Source: a virus (lineage: Duplodnaviria; Caudoviricetes). Taken from it: a stretch of 53,346 nt of DNA. The notes under the pieces are model-generated. The model did not search any database, was not told the origin of the DNA, and saw only the letters and a list, made by a program, of their open reading frames with translations. The stretch spans positions 1 to 53,346 of IMG/VR virus record IMGVR_UViG_3300036982_000579; one strand, given 5' to 3'. The position numbers and the translations under genes are program-made. Below, in pieces: positions 29,538-38,315 of the stretch (position 1 is the first letter of the stretch; each line of letters opens with the position of its first letter).

Positions 29538-29558
29538 ATCACTGGGTCGTTTACGCCC

Positions 29559-29625
29559 AAAAAGAAATATCAGATTTCTTTGTTATTGACTTGCATTCCT
29601 GTAGTGACTTGAACTACATTTACAT
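29559..29625 (+). promoter_or_regulatory. family-1 phage promoter
   Basis: AAAAGAAATATCAG...TTGACTTGCAT..TGTAG...TACATT. Confidence 0.7.
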
Positions 29626-29660
29626 GTATCGAAGTAGTCACAACACGAGGAGAACAGCAC

Positions 29661-29807
29661 ATGTCGGATAATCGAAACAACCAAAACAACCGAGATCAGA
29701 GCCGCCGAGACCGTCACGGTTTCGATCAGTCAGACAATGATCGTGATGCACAGCGTGATCGTCGTCGGGACTCGGACCGAGACTCGTGGGGCAATAGTTG
29801 GGACTGA
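29661..29807 (+). CDS. 48-aa Arg/Asp/Asn-rich peptide (not in ORF track)
   Basis: GAGGAG RBS, directly after promoter. Confidence 0.5.
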   Translation: MSDNRNNQNNRDQSRRDRHGFDQSDNDRDAQRDRRRDSDRDSWGNSWD

Positions 29808-29817
29808 CAGTCTCAAC

Positions 29818-29898
29818 GGGGTGTGGCACCAAATAGTGTCACACCCCCCCGATACACTTATCAAACAAGAAGCAATCACAACACAAGGAGCAAGGCAC
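29818..29898 (+). promoter_or_regulatory. family-2 promoter with inverted-repeat operator
   Basis: GGGTGTGGCAC-N6-GTGTCACACCC, TACACT, AAGCAATCACAAC..AAGGAGCAA. Confidence 0.7.
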
Positions 29899-30126
29899 AT
29901 GGCAGAACTACAGGTAGCAAATGGAATGTGGATCACGGAAGACTTTGACATCGACCTGACTTCAGACGACATCACCGTATGGGTGTTGGAAGTCGAAGTG
30001 TTCGATGCAGAAGCATCACCGTGTTTCTCAGTCGAAATCGAAATGGGAATCTTTGAGTCTTACGCTGAGGCTGAGGCCGACGCACCCGAGGACGCACGAC
30101 TTTACTCGGCGGAGGTGGCAGCGTAA
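29899..30126 (+). CDS. acidic hypothetical protein (DITVW family)
   Basis: RBS; motif shared with 27413 and 39769 ORFs. Confidence 0.6.
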   Translation: MAELQVANGMWITEDFDIDLTSDDITVWVLEVEVFDAEASPCFSVEIEMGIFESYAEAEADAPEDARLYSAEVAA

Positions 30127-30431
30127 TGGCAAAGCACGCATCGCTTCCAATGAAGCCACTGTGGGACATCGCTCGTAGCATGAGCGATAACCCGCAGTTC
30201 AACCAGCGGGACTTTGCCGGAATGGTCAACATGTCCAGCCGGGCCGTGACCCGTTGGATCACCGCAGGCGAAACTCTCTCGTGGGTATCGGCAGACGAGG
30301 CGGCTATCGCACTCGGGTTGCATCCGATCCTTGTATGGGGTGACGCATGGTTGAACGTGCGTGGCGACCTGACGGCCCTTGAGGTCGAAGTGATTAGCGA
30401 TCTTGAAGCTGAAGCTTTCGCTGATCTGTAA
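30126..30431 (+). CDS. XRE-like HTH transcriptional regulator
   Basis: QRDFAGMVNMSSRAVTRW...ADEAAIALGLHP..VWG. Confidence 0.65.
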   Translation: MAKHASLPMKPLWDIARSMSDNPQFNQRDFAGMVNMSSRAVTRWITAGETLSWVSADEAAIALGLHPILVWGDAWLNVRGDLTALEVEVISDLEAEAFADL

Positions 30432-30440
30432 ACAAGTTGG

Positions 30441-30510
30441 AGGGTGTGGCACTTACTGTCACACCCTTCGACTATAATCAAACAAGTAATCACAACGAAT
30501 AAGGAGCAAG
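30441..30510 (+). promoter_or_regulatory. family-2 promoter with inverted-repeat operator
   Basis: AGGGTGTGGCA-N5-TGTCACACCCT, TATAAT at 30473, conserved leader. Confidence 0.75.
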
Positions 30511-30738
30511 ATGTCGAACAAGAAAAACTACCCGCCGATTACCAAAGAGCAGAGAATTGAACTGCTCTCGGTATACCTGCCGAAAATTGAGTCAGGTCTT
30601 TCCGATCTGATCGCCAAGCGTGACAAGCTTCGCAACACTCCCGAGTGGGAATGGGCGAAACAGAATGTGCGAGGCGCAACAGCACACGTTGAAGTAACTC
30701 GTAACGAGCTTCACGCTCTACAGGCAGAGGTGGCGTAA
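30511..30738 (+). CDS. hypothetical protein
   Basis: AAGGAG RBS. Confidence 0.6.
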   Translation: MSNKKNYPPITKEQRIELLSVYLPKIESGLSDLIAKRDKLRNTPEWEWAKQNVRGATAHVEVTRNELHALQAEVA

Positions 30739-31172
30739 TGGGAGCGGCAAACTTTCGCACGATCAACACAGGCGACACCGCAGCAGACGCATTCAATCAA
30801 GCCGTAGCTGAAGCACAGAACGAATACGGCTGCGAGGGCTACACCGGCACTATCGCTGAGAAGGACGGTTTCGTACTCGTTCCCCTTCCGCTCAACGTCG
30901 AAGCAGAGTTAGTTGTAGGCGCTCTTGACCTTTCACAATTCGACGACTCCTACTACCAGACAGACCAAGAAGAAGCCGCTACCGCCAAGGCGTTACTCAA
31001 CGAATACTTTGGCGACAGTGATGCCAAGCGGCTGATAGAGCTTTATCTAAACAAGTGGGGTCCAGCACTTTGCTTCAAGCTTCGCCCGCCAGAGATTGTC
31101 CAATGGGGCCAATACAACACCTTGCCCACACATCAAGATGTGTTCTTGTTCGCAGGGTACGCATCCGAATAA
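30738..31172 (+). CDS. conserved-looking phage hypothetical protein
   Basis: MGA..F...AF..AV.EA..EYG..GYTGTIAEK...KWGPA...FLFAGYAS. Confidence 0.65.
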   Translation: MGAANFRTINTGDTAADAFNQAVAEAQNEYGCEGYTGTIAEKDGFVLVPLPLNVEAELVVGALDLSQFDDSYYQTDQEEAATAKALLNEYFGDSDAKRLIELYLNKWGPALCFKLRPPEIVQWGQYNTLPTHQDVFLFAGYASE

Positions 31173-31198
31173 CAGACTTGTTCAAGTATGATCTGATC

Positions 31199-31435
31199 GT
31201 GGCTTGTAACTGCGGAAAAAACAAACGCCTCCCCCCGGTCAGCGGGCCGAGATCCGCGCCCAGCGCTACTGGGACACCGAGCCATGTTTGGTTCTACGCT
31301 GTTCCACCTGAGAAGTCCGGTCTGGAGCCTGTCAGGTTTTACTTGTTGCGTGAAGCAAGATGGTATGCGCAACGACAGAAGGGTCCGGGGTGGATCATCG
31401 AAGGGCGTTCTGAACCGGATGAAGTCCCGGTCTGA
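31199..31435 (+). CDS. small MxCxC protein
   Basis: GTG start, ACNCGK. Confidence 0.55.
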   Translation: MACNCGKNKRLPPVSGPRSAPSATGTPSHVWFYAVPPEKSGLEPVRFYLLREARWYAQRQKGPGWIIEGRSEPDEVPV

Positions 31436-31641
31436 TGGGGTGCGGCTGCGGTAAGGCGAAACGGCAGGCGGTGACCACTGGGCCGGGTCCGGCGGCGTTT
31501 GAGCGAGGCGTTCAGCGGTCAAAGATCATGTTCGTTGTTGCTGGCGCTGACGGCGAGTCGGTGTTCTACACGTTGCGTGAAGCGCGTGTGTTCGCTGAGG
31601 AGCAGGGCGTGCAGGTTGAGTCCCGTCGGATAGCGGTGTAA
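31435..31641 (+). CDS. small MxCxC protein (paralog of upstream gene)
   Basis: MGCGCGK; FY.LREAR shared. Confidence 0.6.
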   Translation: MGCGCGKAKRQAVTTGPGPAAFERGVQRSKIMFVVAGADGESVFYTLREARVFAEEQGVQVESRRIAV

Positions 31642-32001
31642 AAACCGAAAAGGCGGGGGGACCGTAATCCGGTTCCGACAAGTTTGATTCACCAAGGCCC
31701 TTACTGCGCTTTTGCTACTAGATGCGCAATCCACGAACTCAGGCACGCCTCACATTCAGAACTACTTTCGGTAGCTCTTACGTCACGATTGCTCGTGCGT
31801 TGCTTCTGCCATCAAGTGTCGTGTTCCCGCTAGTGCGTGCTGGCTTGCGTTGGAGATGCGTTGCCGTATCCCTGCTGAGTGTCTGGTGTCCACTAGAAGG
31901 CCGTTGACCTTGTTGCTTGTCGGAACCCTTTTGCTACGGTTGTCCCCCCGCCTTGACCCCCGGTTGCGCCGGTTCGTTTCGGTTGTTTGTATTTCCTTAC
32001 A
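31641..32001 (-). ncRNA. candidate large structured ncRNA A (~360 nt)
   Basis: own promoter; end-to-end helices 31650-31662/31942-31954 and 31671-31682/31916-31927; GCAA loops on minus strand. Confidence 0.7.
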
Positions 32002-32002
32002 A

Positions 32003-32067
32003 CACTGAATGTATCACGATGAGCTACAGCTTGCAAGTCAATAACACAGATTGTTCAGATTTCTTTT
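32003..32067 (-). promoter_or_regulatory. family-1 phage promoter (ncRNA A)
   Basis: AAAAGAAATCTGAA...TTGACTTGCAA-17-TACATT. Confidence 0.75.
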
Positions 32068-32118
32068 GACAGAACAACCGTTCGATGGCCCAGCGCCCAG
32101 TAAGGCGAGCCGCCCGGA

Positions 32119-32586
32119 TCAGAACGGCGACTCATCCGAGTACGACTCCTCACGCTGTGGCGCACGCTTACGAGGAGCAGAACTACGACCACGATCATCG
32201 TCACGACCACGCTCAGGCCGACCAGCCTGCTCAACACGAGTCATCTCAACCGTTGACCAACGAGTAGTACCCGCAACCTCATCAGCCACGACACCAACCT
32301 TGGAACGCTTCTCACCTGTCTTCTTGTCTTCCCAACGGGAATGCTCAAGACGACCAGAGACAAGAACACGATCACCCTTACGGAATGACTCAACGACATT
32401 CTCCGCTGTTTCCTTCCAGCAAGTGATGTCGAAGAAATGTGGTTCCTCTTGCCACTCGCCGTCTTTCTGAAAGCGCCTGTTCCAAGCCAATCCGAACCGG
32501 GCGACAGAAACACCCGATGGGGTGATCTGCAACTCCGGGTCAGAGGTGACATTTCCTACCAGTGTGATTTCATTACCTGCTGCCAT
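32119..32586 (-). CDS. ssb: single-stranded DNA-binding protein
   Basis: ITLVGNVTSDPEL..TPSG, KGDRVLVSGRL, acidic DESPF tail. Confidence 0.95.
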   Translation of the reverse strand: MAAGNEITLVGNVTSDPELQITPSGVSVARFGLAWNRRFQKDGEWQEEPHFFDITCWKETAENVVESFRKGDRVLVSGRLEHSRWEDKKTGEKRSKVGVVADEVAGTTRWSTVEMTRVEQAGRPERGRDDDRGRSSAPRKRAPQREESYSDESPF

Positions 32587-32601
32587 GATCTCTCTCTCTT
32601 G

Positions 32602-32994
32602 TTACGCGGCGACTTGTGTCGCACGCTCAATCACAATTTGGATTCCCGGTTGATCCGGGTTCTCCGCTGAAACCAACACGGTTTCAACTTCGCATTTCCA
32701 CACATCGCCACGGTCAAGTGACGGGGCGAGTTTCGCTGCGAGGTCACGAGGAACATGTCCAATCATGGACCGTCTCCCCAACATAGGAATGTGAACCTCA
32801 ACAGCGTTCTCGTCAAACTGATTTCCGGGGTTACGAATCAACACAACCTCAACAGGTTCATCAACCACTTCGCCGTTCCATCCAAGCTGTTTCGTTTGAG
32901 ATTCAACAACGAACGCTTCAATCGTCTGCAAGTTTTGTGGGTAGCGTTCCATGAACGTCAACCCGACAACCTTGAACTCAACTCGTTTGCTCAT
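32602..32994 (-). CDS. HIRAN domain protein
   Basis: KVVGLTF, LIRNPGNQFDENAVEV, IGHVPRDLA..LAP. Confidence 0.8.
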   Translation of the reverse strand: MSKRVEFKVVGLTFMERYPQNLQTIEAFVVESQTKQLGWNGEVVDEPVEVVLIRNPGNQFDENAVEVHIPMLGRRSMIGHVPRDLAAKLAPSLDRGDVWKCEVETVLVSAENPDQPGIQIVIERATQVAA

Positions 32995-33656
32995 GCGTCG
33001 AACCATCCGAGGATCGCTTCAGCATCCGTTGCTGTCGCATGAATCAAGTTCGTCACACCGAGCTTCTTGAGGAAAGCCACAAACACTTTCTCCTCGGTAG
33101 CGTTCAACCCGTCCATCAACTCAGTGATCTGGTCAAGTGTTTCATCGTCGGCCAATTCAGCGAAAGCGTCAGCTTCCTCATCGCCACCTATCGCTTCATC
33201 AGAAGCTACCCCTGCTTCTTCTAAAGCAGCTTGCATCGGATCACCTGACGGCAACGCAGCAATCGTGTTCGCTGACTGCACAGTAAGTTCAGCGCCACCA
33301 CGGATCGCCGCAATCTCAGCGTCACGCTGCCGCCACAACACAAGCGCCTTCAAGTCCTTCAGATCGTCAGGATACCCGGCACGCTTCAGCGCCCGACCTA
33401 GCGTCTTGGTGCAAAGGATGTTCCACTCGTCAGGCGAACCGGAAGCAGGCACAGGTTTCCAAGCAGTGACATCAGATCGGCCCGCAGGGAACCGGATCGT
33501 TGCAAGACAAAACTGTTTGTCTCCACCGAACTTGTCCGGCACTCCTACATCAGAACCAGCTACAAGCTGGAAGTCGTAGGTGGCTTCAGGGTGATCTTCG
33601 AGTAGAAGACCTAACCTCAATCCGGGGGATGCGTAAAACTCGCTTATTGCTGCCAT
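32991..33656 (-). CDS. putative ssDNA-annealing recombinase
   Basis: CTKTLGRALKRAG resembles the ETxAxGRAL helix of Rad52/ERF-like SSAPs; operon with ssb. Confidence 0.4.
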   Translation of the reverse strand: MAAISEFYASPGLRLGLLLEDHPEATYDFQLVAGSDVGVPDKFGGDKQFCLATIRFPAGRSDVTAWKPVPASGSPDEWNILCTKTLGRALKRAGYPDDLKDLKALVLWRQRDAEIAAIRGGAELTVQSANTIAALPSGDPMQAALEEAGVASDEAIGGDEEADAFAELADDETLDQITELMDGLNATEEKVFVAFLKKLGVTNLIHATATDAEAILGWFDA

Positions 33657-33771
33657 GCGTTTCAACCTCGCTCTAGTCCTTCTATGTACGAGGATCATTG
33701 TAGGTGAAGGGGCAGACGCAAACACAGAAGCGCCGTCGCCGCTGCTGGGCGTGCTGGGCGGTTTGGGCTGG

Positions 33772-33849
33772 AAAAGAAATATAAAAGAATCTGAAGAAAT
33801 ACTACTTATTGACTTGTGAATGTCAGACCCATGCTGTATAGTTATCTAC
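33772..33849 (+). promoter_or_regulatory. family-1 phage promoter
   Basis: AAAAGAATCTGAAGAAAT...TTGACTTGTGA-17-TATAGT TATCTAC-ATG. Confidence 0.8.
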
Positions 33850-34020
33850 ATGAGAACAACAACTTTCTACACCATCTTCCACGGGCCGACCAACTGCAAC
33901 GTGCGCTTGACCCACGAGGTCACCGAGCAGGAATGGCAAGCAGCTATGGACTGGATGGTCGGTCAGGCCAACCCGGTTCTACGAACAGGTGGCTTCAGCC
34001 CGCTGGTCTTTGAGCGATAG
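33850..34020 (+). CDS. small hypothetical protein (leaderless)
   Basis: ATG at predicted TSS. Confidence 0.55.
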   Translation: MRTTTFYTIFHGPTNCNVRLTHEVTEQEWQAAMDWMVGQANPVLRTGGFSPLVFER

Positions 34021-34060
34021 GGCCAACGCCTAACGGGTGGGACAAAGCGTCCCACCCCCC

Positions 34061-34125
34061 AAATAAATATCAAGAAACATCACAGTGTGGCTTGATCCTC
34101 TACAGATACAGGGTAAGATAAAGAC
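34061..34125 (+). promoter_or_regulatory. degenerate family-1 promoter
   Basis: AAATATCAAGAAA...CTTGATC...TAAGAT AAAGAC-ATG. Confidence 0.5.
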
Positions 34126-34296
34126 ATGGAAAACACCGCAGCAACCGAACTCAACAACCACGCAATCCAAATCGCAACATGGTTGCTAGAAGACGCACTA
34201 CGCGACATCGAAAGCTTCCCCGGTGGCAGCAGCCAAGACTTCAACGAGGCACGCGCCGCAGACGCACGCACCCTTCTTGCAGCCCTGCAAGCATAA
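34126..34296 (+). CDS. small hypothetical protein (56 aa, not in ORF track)
   Basis: MENTAATELNNHAI...; leaderless. Confidence 0.5.
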   Translation: MENTAATELNNHAIQIATWLLEDALRDIESFPGGSSQDFNEARAADARTLLAALQA

Positions 34297-34325
34297 CAAC
34301 CCAAATCACAACCCAAGGAGAACAC

Positions 34326-34550
34326 ATGCAAGTCCATCCAGAACACCTCAAGAACCGGATCGCCCTAGCAATCCGAATCGCAGACTCCGCCGCCAAGTGG
34401 GAGATCCCGAACCGTTACCTGTTCGACTTCCCGCTAGACGGGCTGATCTGGACCCGCATCGCAGAAGGAGCAGGCTGCACCACCCGCCCCTCGGTCGATA
34501 CCATCGCCGCTGCTGTCGCAATCGTCGCCGCCCGGCAGGTGGCAGCATGA
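34326..34550 (+). CDS. hypothetical protein
   Basis: AAGGAG RBS; N-terminus similar to 45259..45507. Confidence 0.6.
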   Translation: MQVHPEHLKNRIALAIRIADSAAKWEIPNRYLFDFPLDGLIWTRIAEGAGCTTRPSVDTIAAAVAIVAARQVAA

Positions 34551-34885
34551 CACTCACAATCACAAGCCTCACATCCTCCGCACCGCTTCCATTCATGGTG
34601 CGAACAGAAGACGATACACTCGTCGGCACGTTCGCCACTGAACAAGAAGCGGAACAGTTCGTTGCGAGATATACGGTTCCGATGTTCCCTGAAATCGAAA
34701 TTGAAATCGACTTGAACGGACCAGACGGCAACGCCTTCTACATCCTCGGTGCTGTGACACAAGCGTTGCGTTCAGCAGGTGCAACCAAGGAACAAACAAT
34801 CACTTTCAACAATGACGCGACAAGCAGTGACTACGAAAACTTGTTAGAAGTTGTTGCTCGGTGGGTCAACTTAGATGCCTACTGA
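34547..34885 (+). CDS. hypothetical protein
   Basis: DLNGPDGNAFYILG...DYENLL motif common in phage/plasmid proteins. Confidence 0.65.
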   Translation: MTLTITSLTSSAPLPFMVRTEDDTLVGTFATEQEAEQFVARYTVPMFPEIEIEIDLNGPDGNAFYILGAVTQALRSAGATKEQTITFNNDATSSDYENLLEVVARWVNLDAY

Positions 34886-34927
34886 TCCACGAGGCTCTGC
34901 GTCTAACAGGGGTGCTACGGTAATCCT

Positions 34928-35209
34928 ATGAGGAAACTACTTGCACTTTCTGTACTGCTCGTCGCCGTTGGCTGCGGATCATCTGAGTACGACAGCTACG
35001 ACGGCAGCAGCTTTGACAGCGGCATAACCGATTCCGACTTGAGCGAGTACGCCGGGTTGCAAGACTCATGGGATGAGGAAGACATCGAAAGCCAAGCAAA
35101 CATCTGCATGGCTATCGACATCGACCCTTCAATCGCACGAACAACCGCTATCGAAAACAACGTGGACCCTGATGTGGCTGAAGCTTTCTTTGAGGAAGTT
35201 TGCCCGTAA
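34928..35209 (+). CDS. acidic lipoprotein
   Basis: MRKLLALSVLLVAVG-C lipobox. Confidence 0.7.
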   Translation: MRKLLALSVLLVAVGCGSSEYDSYDGSSFDSGITDSDLSEYAGLQDSWDEEDIESQANICMAIDIDPSIARTTAIENNVDPDVAEAFFEEVCP

Positions 35210-35248
35210 CCTCCCGACATTTCTGAGAGTCTGGTTTACAATTAGGGC

Positions 35249-36175
35249 ATGGCTACACCTAACGCGATTGAGCGGTTGGTTTGGGGGCAGAACGTCAACA
35301 CTTGGTCACGCCTCGCACACAGGGCGACCCAGTGGAAGTATTTCACGCTGCCTTCTTGTAGCAGGCTTGAACTTCCTAAAGCACGCACAGTAGCGATCCC
35401 TGTTGCTGAAGTTGAATGGCCTGAAATGTTTGTTGGGTTGACGACCCGCCCGTTCTCCCCCGATGTTGTCGGCCCAAGCGGGATCTCAACTGGGACGTTT
35501 ATGCAGCAGGGGACGGATAAGAATCGGACGCTGACTTACGGCGGGGGTTACGGTAAGTGGGAACAAGCACGGACTTTGATCCCGTTACCTGCTTCAGGCG
35601 AGTACTACACGCGAGGTTGGCCTACACCAAGTTGGGATCGACACGAGATAATCACTTCGCCTGACGGAACGGTCCATGAGCTAATCCAGTTCGACCCGCT
35701 TGCTGCGCCTGCGTTACCTCCTATCCCTAATCAGGCGCTCATGTGGGGCCGCTGGTTGGACGGTGTGTGCGTTGAGGGTAAACCATGCACTGCTACCGGC
35801 TACGCCCACCATATGCACGTTTGGACCCCTTGGTCGCAGACTGACCCGCATGACTTAGCGATTGTTCTACCTGATTACGTCGGTTGCGACGGCACTTTGA
35901 CCACTGGGCCACGCGCCGGAGGGAAGTTGGTGTTGGCACGAGCGTCTGGTTCGTATCAGCGGATGGTTGCTCTTGGCGGCGAATGTCGTTCGCTTGCTGA
36001 GGCTGCTGCGTTGTACGGATTGCGAATCATCGACCGCTCAGGCTTTACAAATAATGATCCTGCGAAACCGTTGCAACCTCATATCCAAATCCAAACAGGT
36101 AATACTTGGGTTGGGTCGAACGTAGGAAAGTTCACTCTCACGATGACTGATCTGCTGGAGGCTGAGGACGTATGA
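35249..36175 (+). CDS. hypothetical protein
   Basis: 308-aa ORF heading the lysis-associated operon. Confidence 0.7.
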   Translation: MATPNAIERLVWGQNVNTWSRLAHRATQWKYFTLPSCSRLELPKARTVAIPVAEVEWPEMFVGLTTRPFSPDVVGPSGISTGTFMQQGTDKNRTLTYGGGYGKWEQARTLIPLPASGEYYTRGWPTPSWDRHEIITSPDGTVHELIQFDPLAAPALPPIPNQALMWGRWLDGVCVEGKPCTATGYAHHMHVWTPWSQTDPHDLAIVLPDYVGCDGTLTTGPRAGGKLVLARASGSYQRMVALGGECRSLAEAAALYGLRIIDRSGFTNNDPAKPLQPHIQIQTGNTWVGSNVGKFTLTMTDLLEAEDV

Positions 36176-36522
36176 CCGGGGCGTGGCTTCTAGCGGCAGC
36201 AGTGTTCTTCACATGGGGGACTGTTGCGTTTACCGTTTCGGCGGTGATCCTTCAGGCGTACTTGACGCATCTTGCACGTTTCGGTTTCACGATGATCGCT
36301 TTGACATCATTCGGAATTGCTGCTTCAGCGATAGTCTTTGCCGCAGGGTTTGTTTCAGAAGACAGCCGGGATCAACTGCGAGTTGTGTACGGGGCGTGTA
36401 TCGCTATCGGCATCATCTGCGTGGCACTGTCTTCAATGGTTGAGACTTCGCTCATGCGCAAACACTGTGAGCTAATGGAACGGATAGAACGGGGCGATGA
36501 GTGGCTGAACAATTCGGAGTAA
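36172..36522 (+). CDS. membrane protein (3 TM)
   Basis: hydrophobic segments. Confidence 0.65.
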   Translation: MTGAWLLAAAVFFTWGTVAFTVSAVILQAYLTHLARFGFTMIALTSFGIAASAIVFAAGFVSEDSRDQLRVVYGACIAIGIICVALSSMVETSLMRKHCELMERIERGDEWLNNSE

Positions 36523-36878
36523 CGACGATAGTGGCGATTGGTATAGGCGCGCTAACGACGGTACTCACTTACATTTCAGGCCGCAGGCCGTCACAAGCTG
36601 ATTACGCTGAGAGACTGTTGAACGCAACTGTCCCCGCAGCGGAGATGTTGGGTAAGCGGCTAGAGGTGTTGGAAGCTGATCTCGCTAAGAGCAGAAAGCG
36701 TTATGACCGACTTGAAGCACGAGCATCGTCTGAGGCTTTTCGTTGCAACGAACTTGAACGCAAGTTCGCAGCACTTGTCGAACATCTCAAACAGGTAAAC
36801 GTACCGATGCCTGACAATCTGATTGAACCTACCCGAACCGCCCGTACTCGGAAGACTGACTTGGAAGAAGAAGAATGA
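36501..36878 (+). CDS. TM plus coiled-coil lysis-cassette protein
   Basis: N-terminal TM, coiled coil. Confidence 0.6.
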   Translation: MAEQFGVTTIVAIGIGALTTVLTYISGRRPSQADYAERLLNATVPAAEMLGKRLEVLEADLAKSRKRYDRLEARASSEAFRCNELERKFAALVEHLKQVNVPMPDNLIEPTRTARTRKTDLEEEE

Positions 36879-37312
36879 AACAACTTATTGTTCCCATCGT
36901 TGAGAAGGTGTTATCTCAATTCGTCCAAGCGTTCGTCGTGGCGTTGTTCGGCGGAATGGCATTCGGCTGGACGGCGGTTCAGTGCGCCGCCTTGGCGGGA
37001 GTGTCGGCGGTTATCACGCTTGCGCTCAACTCAGTCAACTCCGCCGTGATCCCCGTGGGGATGCCGTTCTACACTGACCTGACGTTGCGTGTGTTGCGTT
37101 CTGGTGCATCTGCGTTCCTTGCGTTCATGGTGATGGCACCCGTGCTTGACGTTCAATCAGGTGACTTCTGGAAGGCCGCATTGGGCGCTGGGGCCGTTGG
37201 CGCTGTGTCGGCGTTGAAAGCGCAAGGCGCTCGGCAGGTAGGCGACCCGGAATCGGCGGCGCTGCTCCCAGTAGCCTTGGAGCCTGTGATTCCTGAACCG
37301 ATGGCTGACTAA
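36875..37312 (+). CDS. holin, r1t-like (tandem-duplicated)
   Basis: EKVLSQFVQAF..W and RVLRSGASAF..W..A...SALK...GDPESAAL halves. Confidence 0.65.
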   Translation: MKQLIVPIVEKVLSQFVQAFVVALFGGMAFGWTAVQCAALAGVSAVITLALNSVNSAVIPVGMPFYTDLTLRVLRSGASAFLAFMVMAPVLDVQSGDFWKAALGAGAVGAVSALKAQGARQVGDPESAALLPVALEPVIPEPMAD

Positions 37313-37356
37313 AAACAAATAACCCCCCCCGCCCGAAAGCGAGAGGGTTATTTGTT
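37312..37356. terminator. intrinsic terminator (ncRNA B; probably bidirectional)
   Basis: AACAAATAACCCCCCCGC/GCGAGAGGGTTATTTGTT hairpin, T-tract on minus strand. Confidence 0.8.
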
Positions 37357-38049
37357 CGGCCTTCACAGGATATGCCGGTCACATTTCTGCACCGGACTGT
37401 CCCCTTGGTTTTCTAGCTGGCTGGCCCCTGATCTGACGGCAAGTCATCGGGTACTTCAGTTTCAGCATCCAAGGTTACGTCCCCCCCTTCATCTGCCTCC
37501 CCGCAGTCAGTACATCCGGCGCAGTCGCCTGTGTGGTCCTCAATGCCTTGAGTGAACTCTTGCCGAGTCCGTGACCTGTCACAGGTTTACAACCCTGCAA
37601 GGGGTTGCCCTGATGTCTCTACGGTTCTTTCTTCAAGGTTTCAAGGCTTGACCAGAATGTGTAGGCTCCCACTGCGTAGCACCGATGTACCTTGCTCACG
37701 TTGATGCCTCCACCAACGCTTTGATCGACTGTTCTTGCGTCTTTCCCCGCCGGGGAGTTGCACCCCGCCACACTCTGCTCAAGACTTGAAGCCTTGAAGT
37801 TGTTTGCCTGTTGTCTCTCAGGCTTTGCCGTTACTTTCTGTTCCTCGGCTGGAACCGTCACCGTGATTAGTAGTGGTGCGCTACTTGTCCCCCTGCCCCT
37901 CTGCAAGCTCATGCTCGGGTTCGGTTAGGACTTGAGTTGCCACCTCGCCCTTTTGTGAGTCTTGGGTCTGACTCTGGCGGCGGCTTTCTCTATTTGGTTT
38001 GGCTGTTTCCTTGGTTGTTCTCCTTTGTTCGTTTTGCTGTTTCGTTATG
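37312..38049 (-). ncRNA. candidate large structured ncRNA B (~740 nt)
   Basis: promoter plus terminator, no credible ORF, 30-bp interrupted helix 37631-37660/37770-37799, many hairpins. Confidence 0.72.
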
Positions 38050-38116
38050 TAGATAACAATACAGCAGTTCTATTAGGAAAGCAAGGCCATATGGAACATT
38101 TCTTCAGATTTCTTTT
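38046..38116 (-). promoter_or_regulatory. family-1 phage promoter (ncRNA B)
   Basis: AAAAGAAATCTGAAGAAAT...TTGCTT...TGCTGTATTGTTATCTACATAA. Confidence 0.75.
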
Positions 38117-38162
38117 CCAGCACCACATCGACCCCCAACAAGACCGCGCTACCATCAACCAC

Positions 38163-38315
38163 ATGGACTCAAACCTGTCGGCTGAAGACCTAGACCGCTA
38201 CGTCGAACTTGTAGACCACGAGATGTACGCCCGCCAAGGAATCGTCATCCACGCAGGGGCATTCCCCGACGACAACGCTCCGCACGGAATGAACGACGAG
38301 GAGGAAATGATATGA
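38163..38315 (+). CDS. small acidic protein
   Basis: ATG 38163; coupled to endolysin. Confidence 0.5.
   Translation: MDSNLSAEDLDRYVELVDHEMYARQGIVIHAGAFPDDNAPHGMNDEEEMI

Noticed and set aside
29153-29589. Gly/Arg/Ala-rich ORFs over the GGCGG tract
   Set aside because: Open in all three plus frames simply because the repeat lacks stop codons
29818-29847. CRP site or WhiA GACAC box as explanation for the family-2 operator
   Set aside because: Half-site spacing is not TGTGA-N6-TCACA, and several half sites read CTGTCAC, lacking GACAC
37369-37404. RNase P-like words (GGGGACAGTCCGG ... CAGAA ... CCGGCATAT) in ncRNA B
   Set aside because: In RNase P RNA these strands are hundreds of nt apart and read GAGGAAAGTCC; here they form a local hairpin and deviate from consensus
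37751-37768. tRNA gene suggested by T-arm-like GGGTGCAACTCCC
   Set aside because: No acceptor stem, D arm or correctly spaced anticodon arm; no tRNA found in the window
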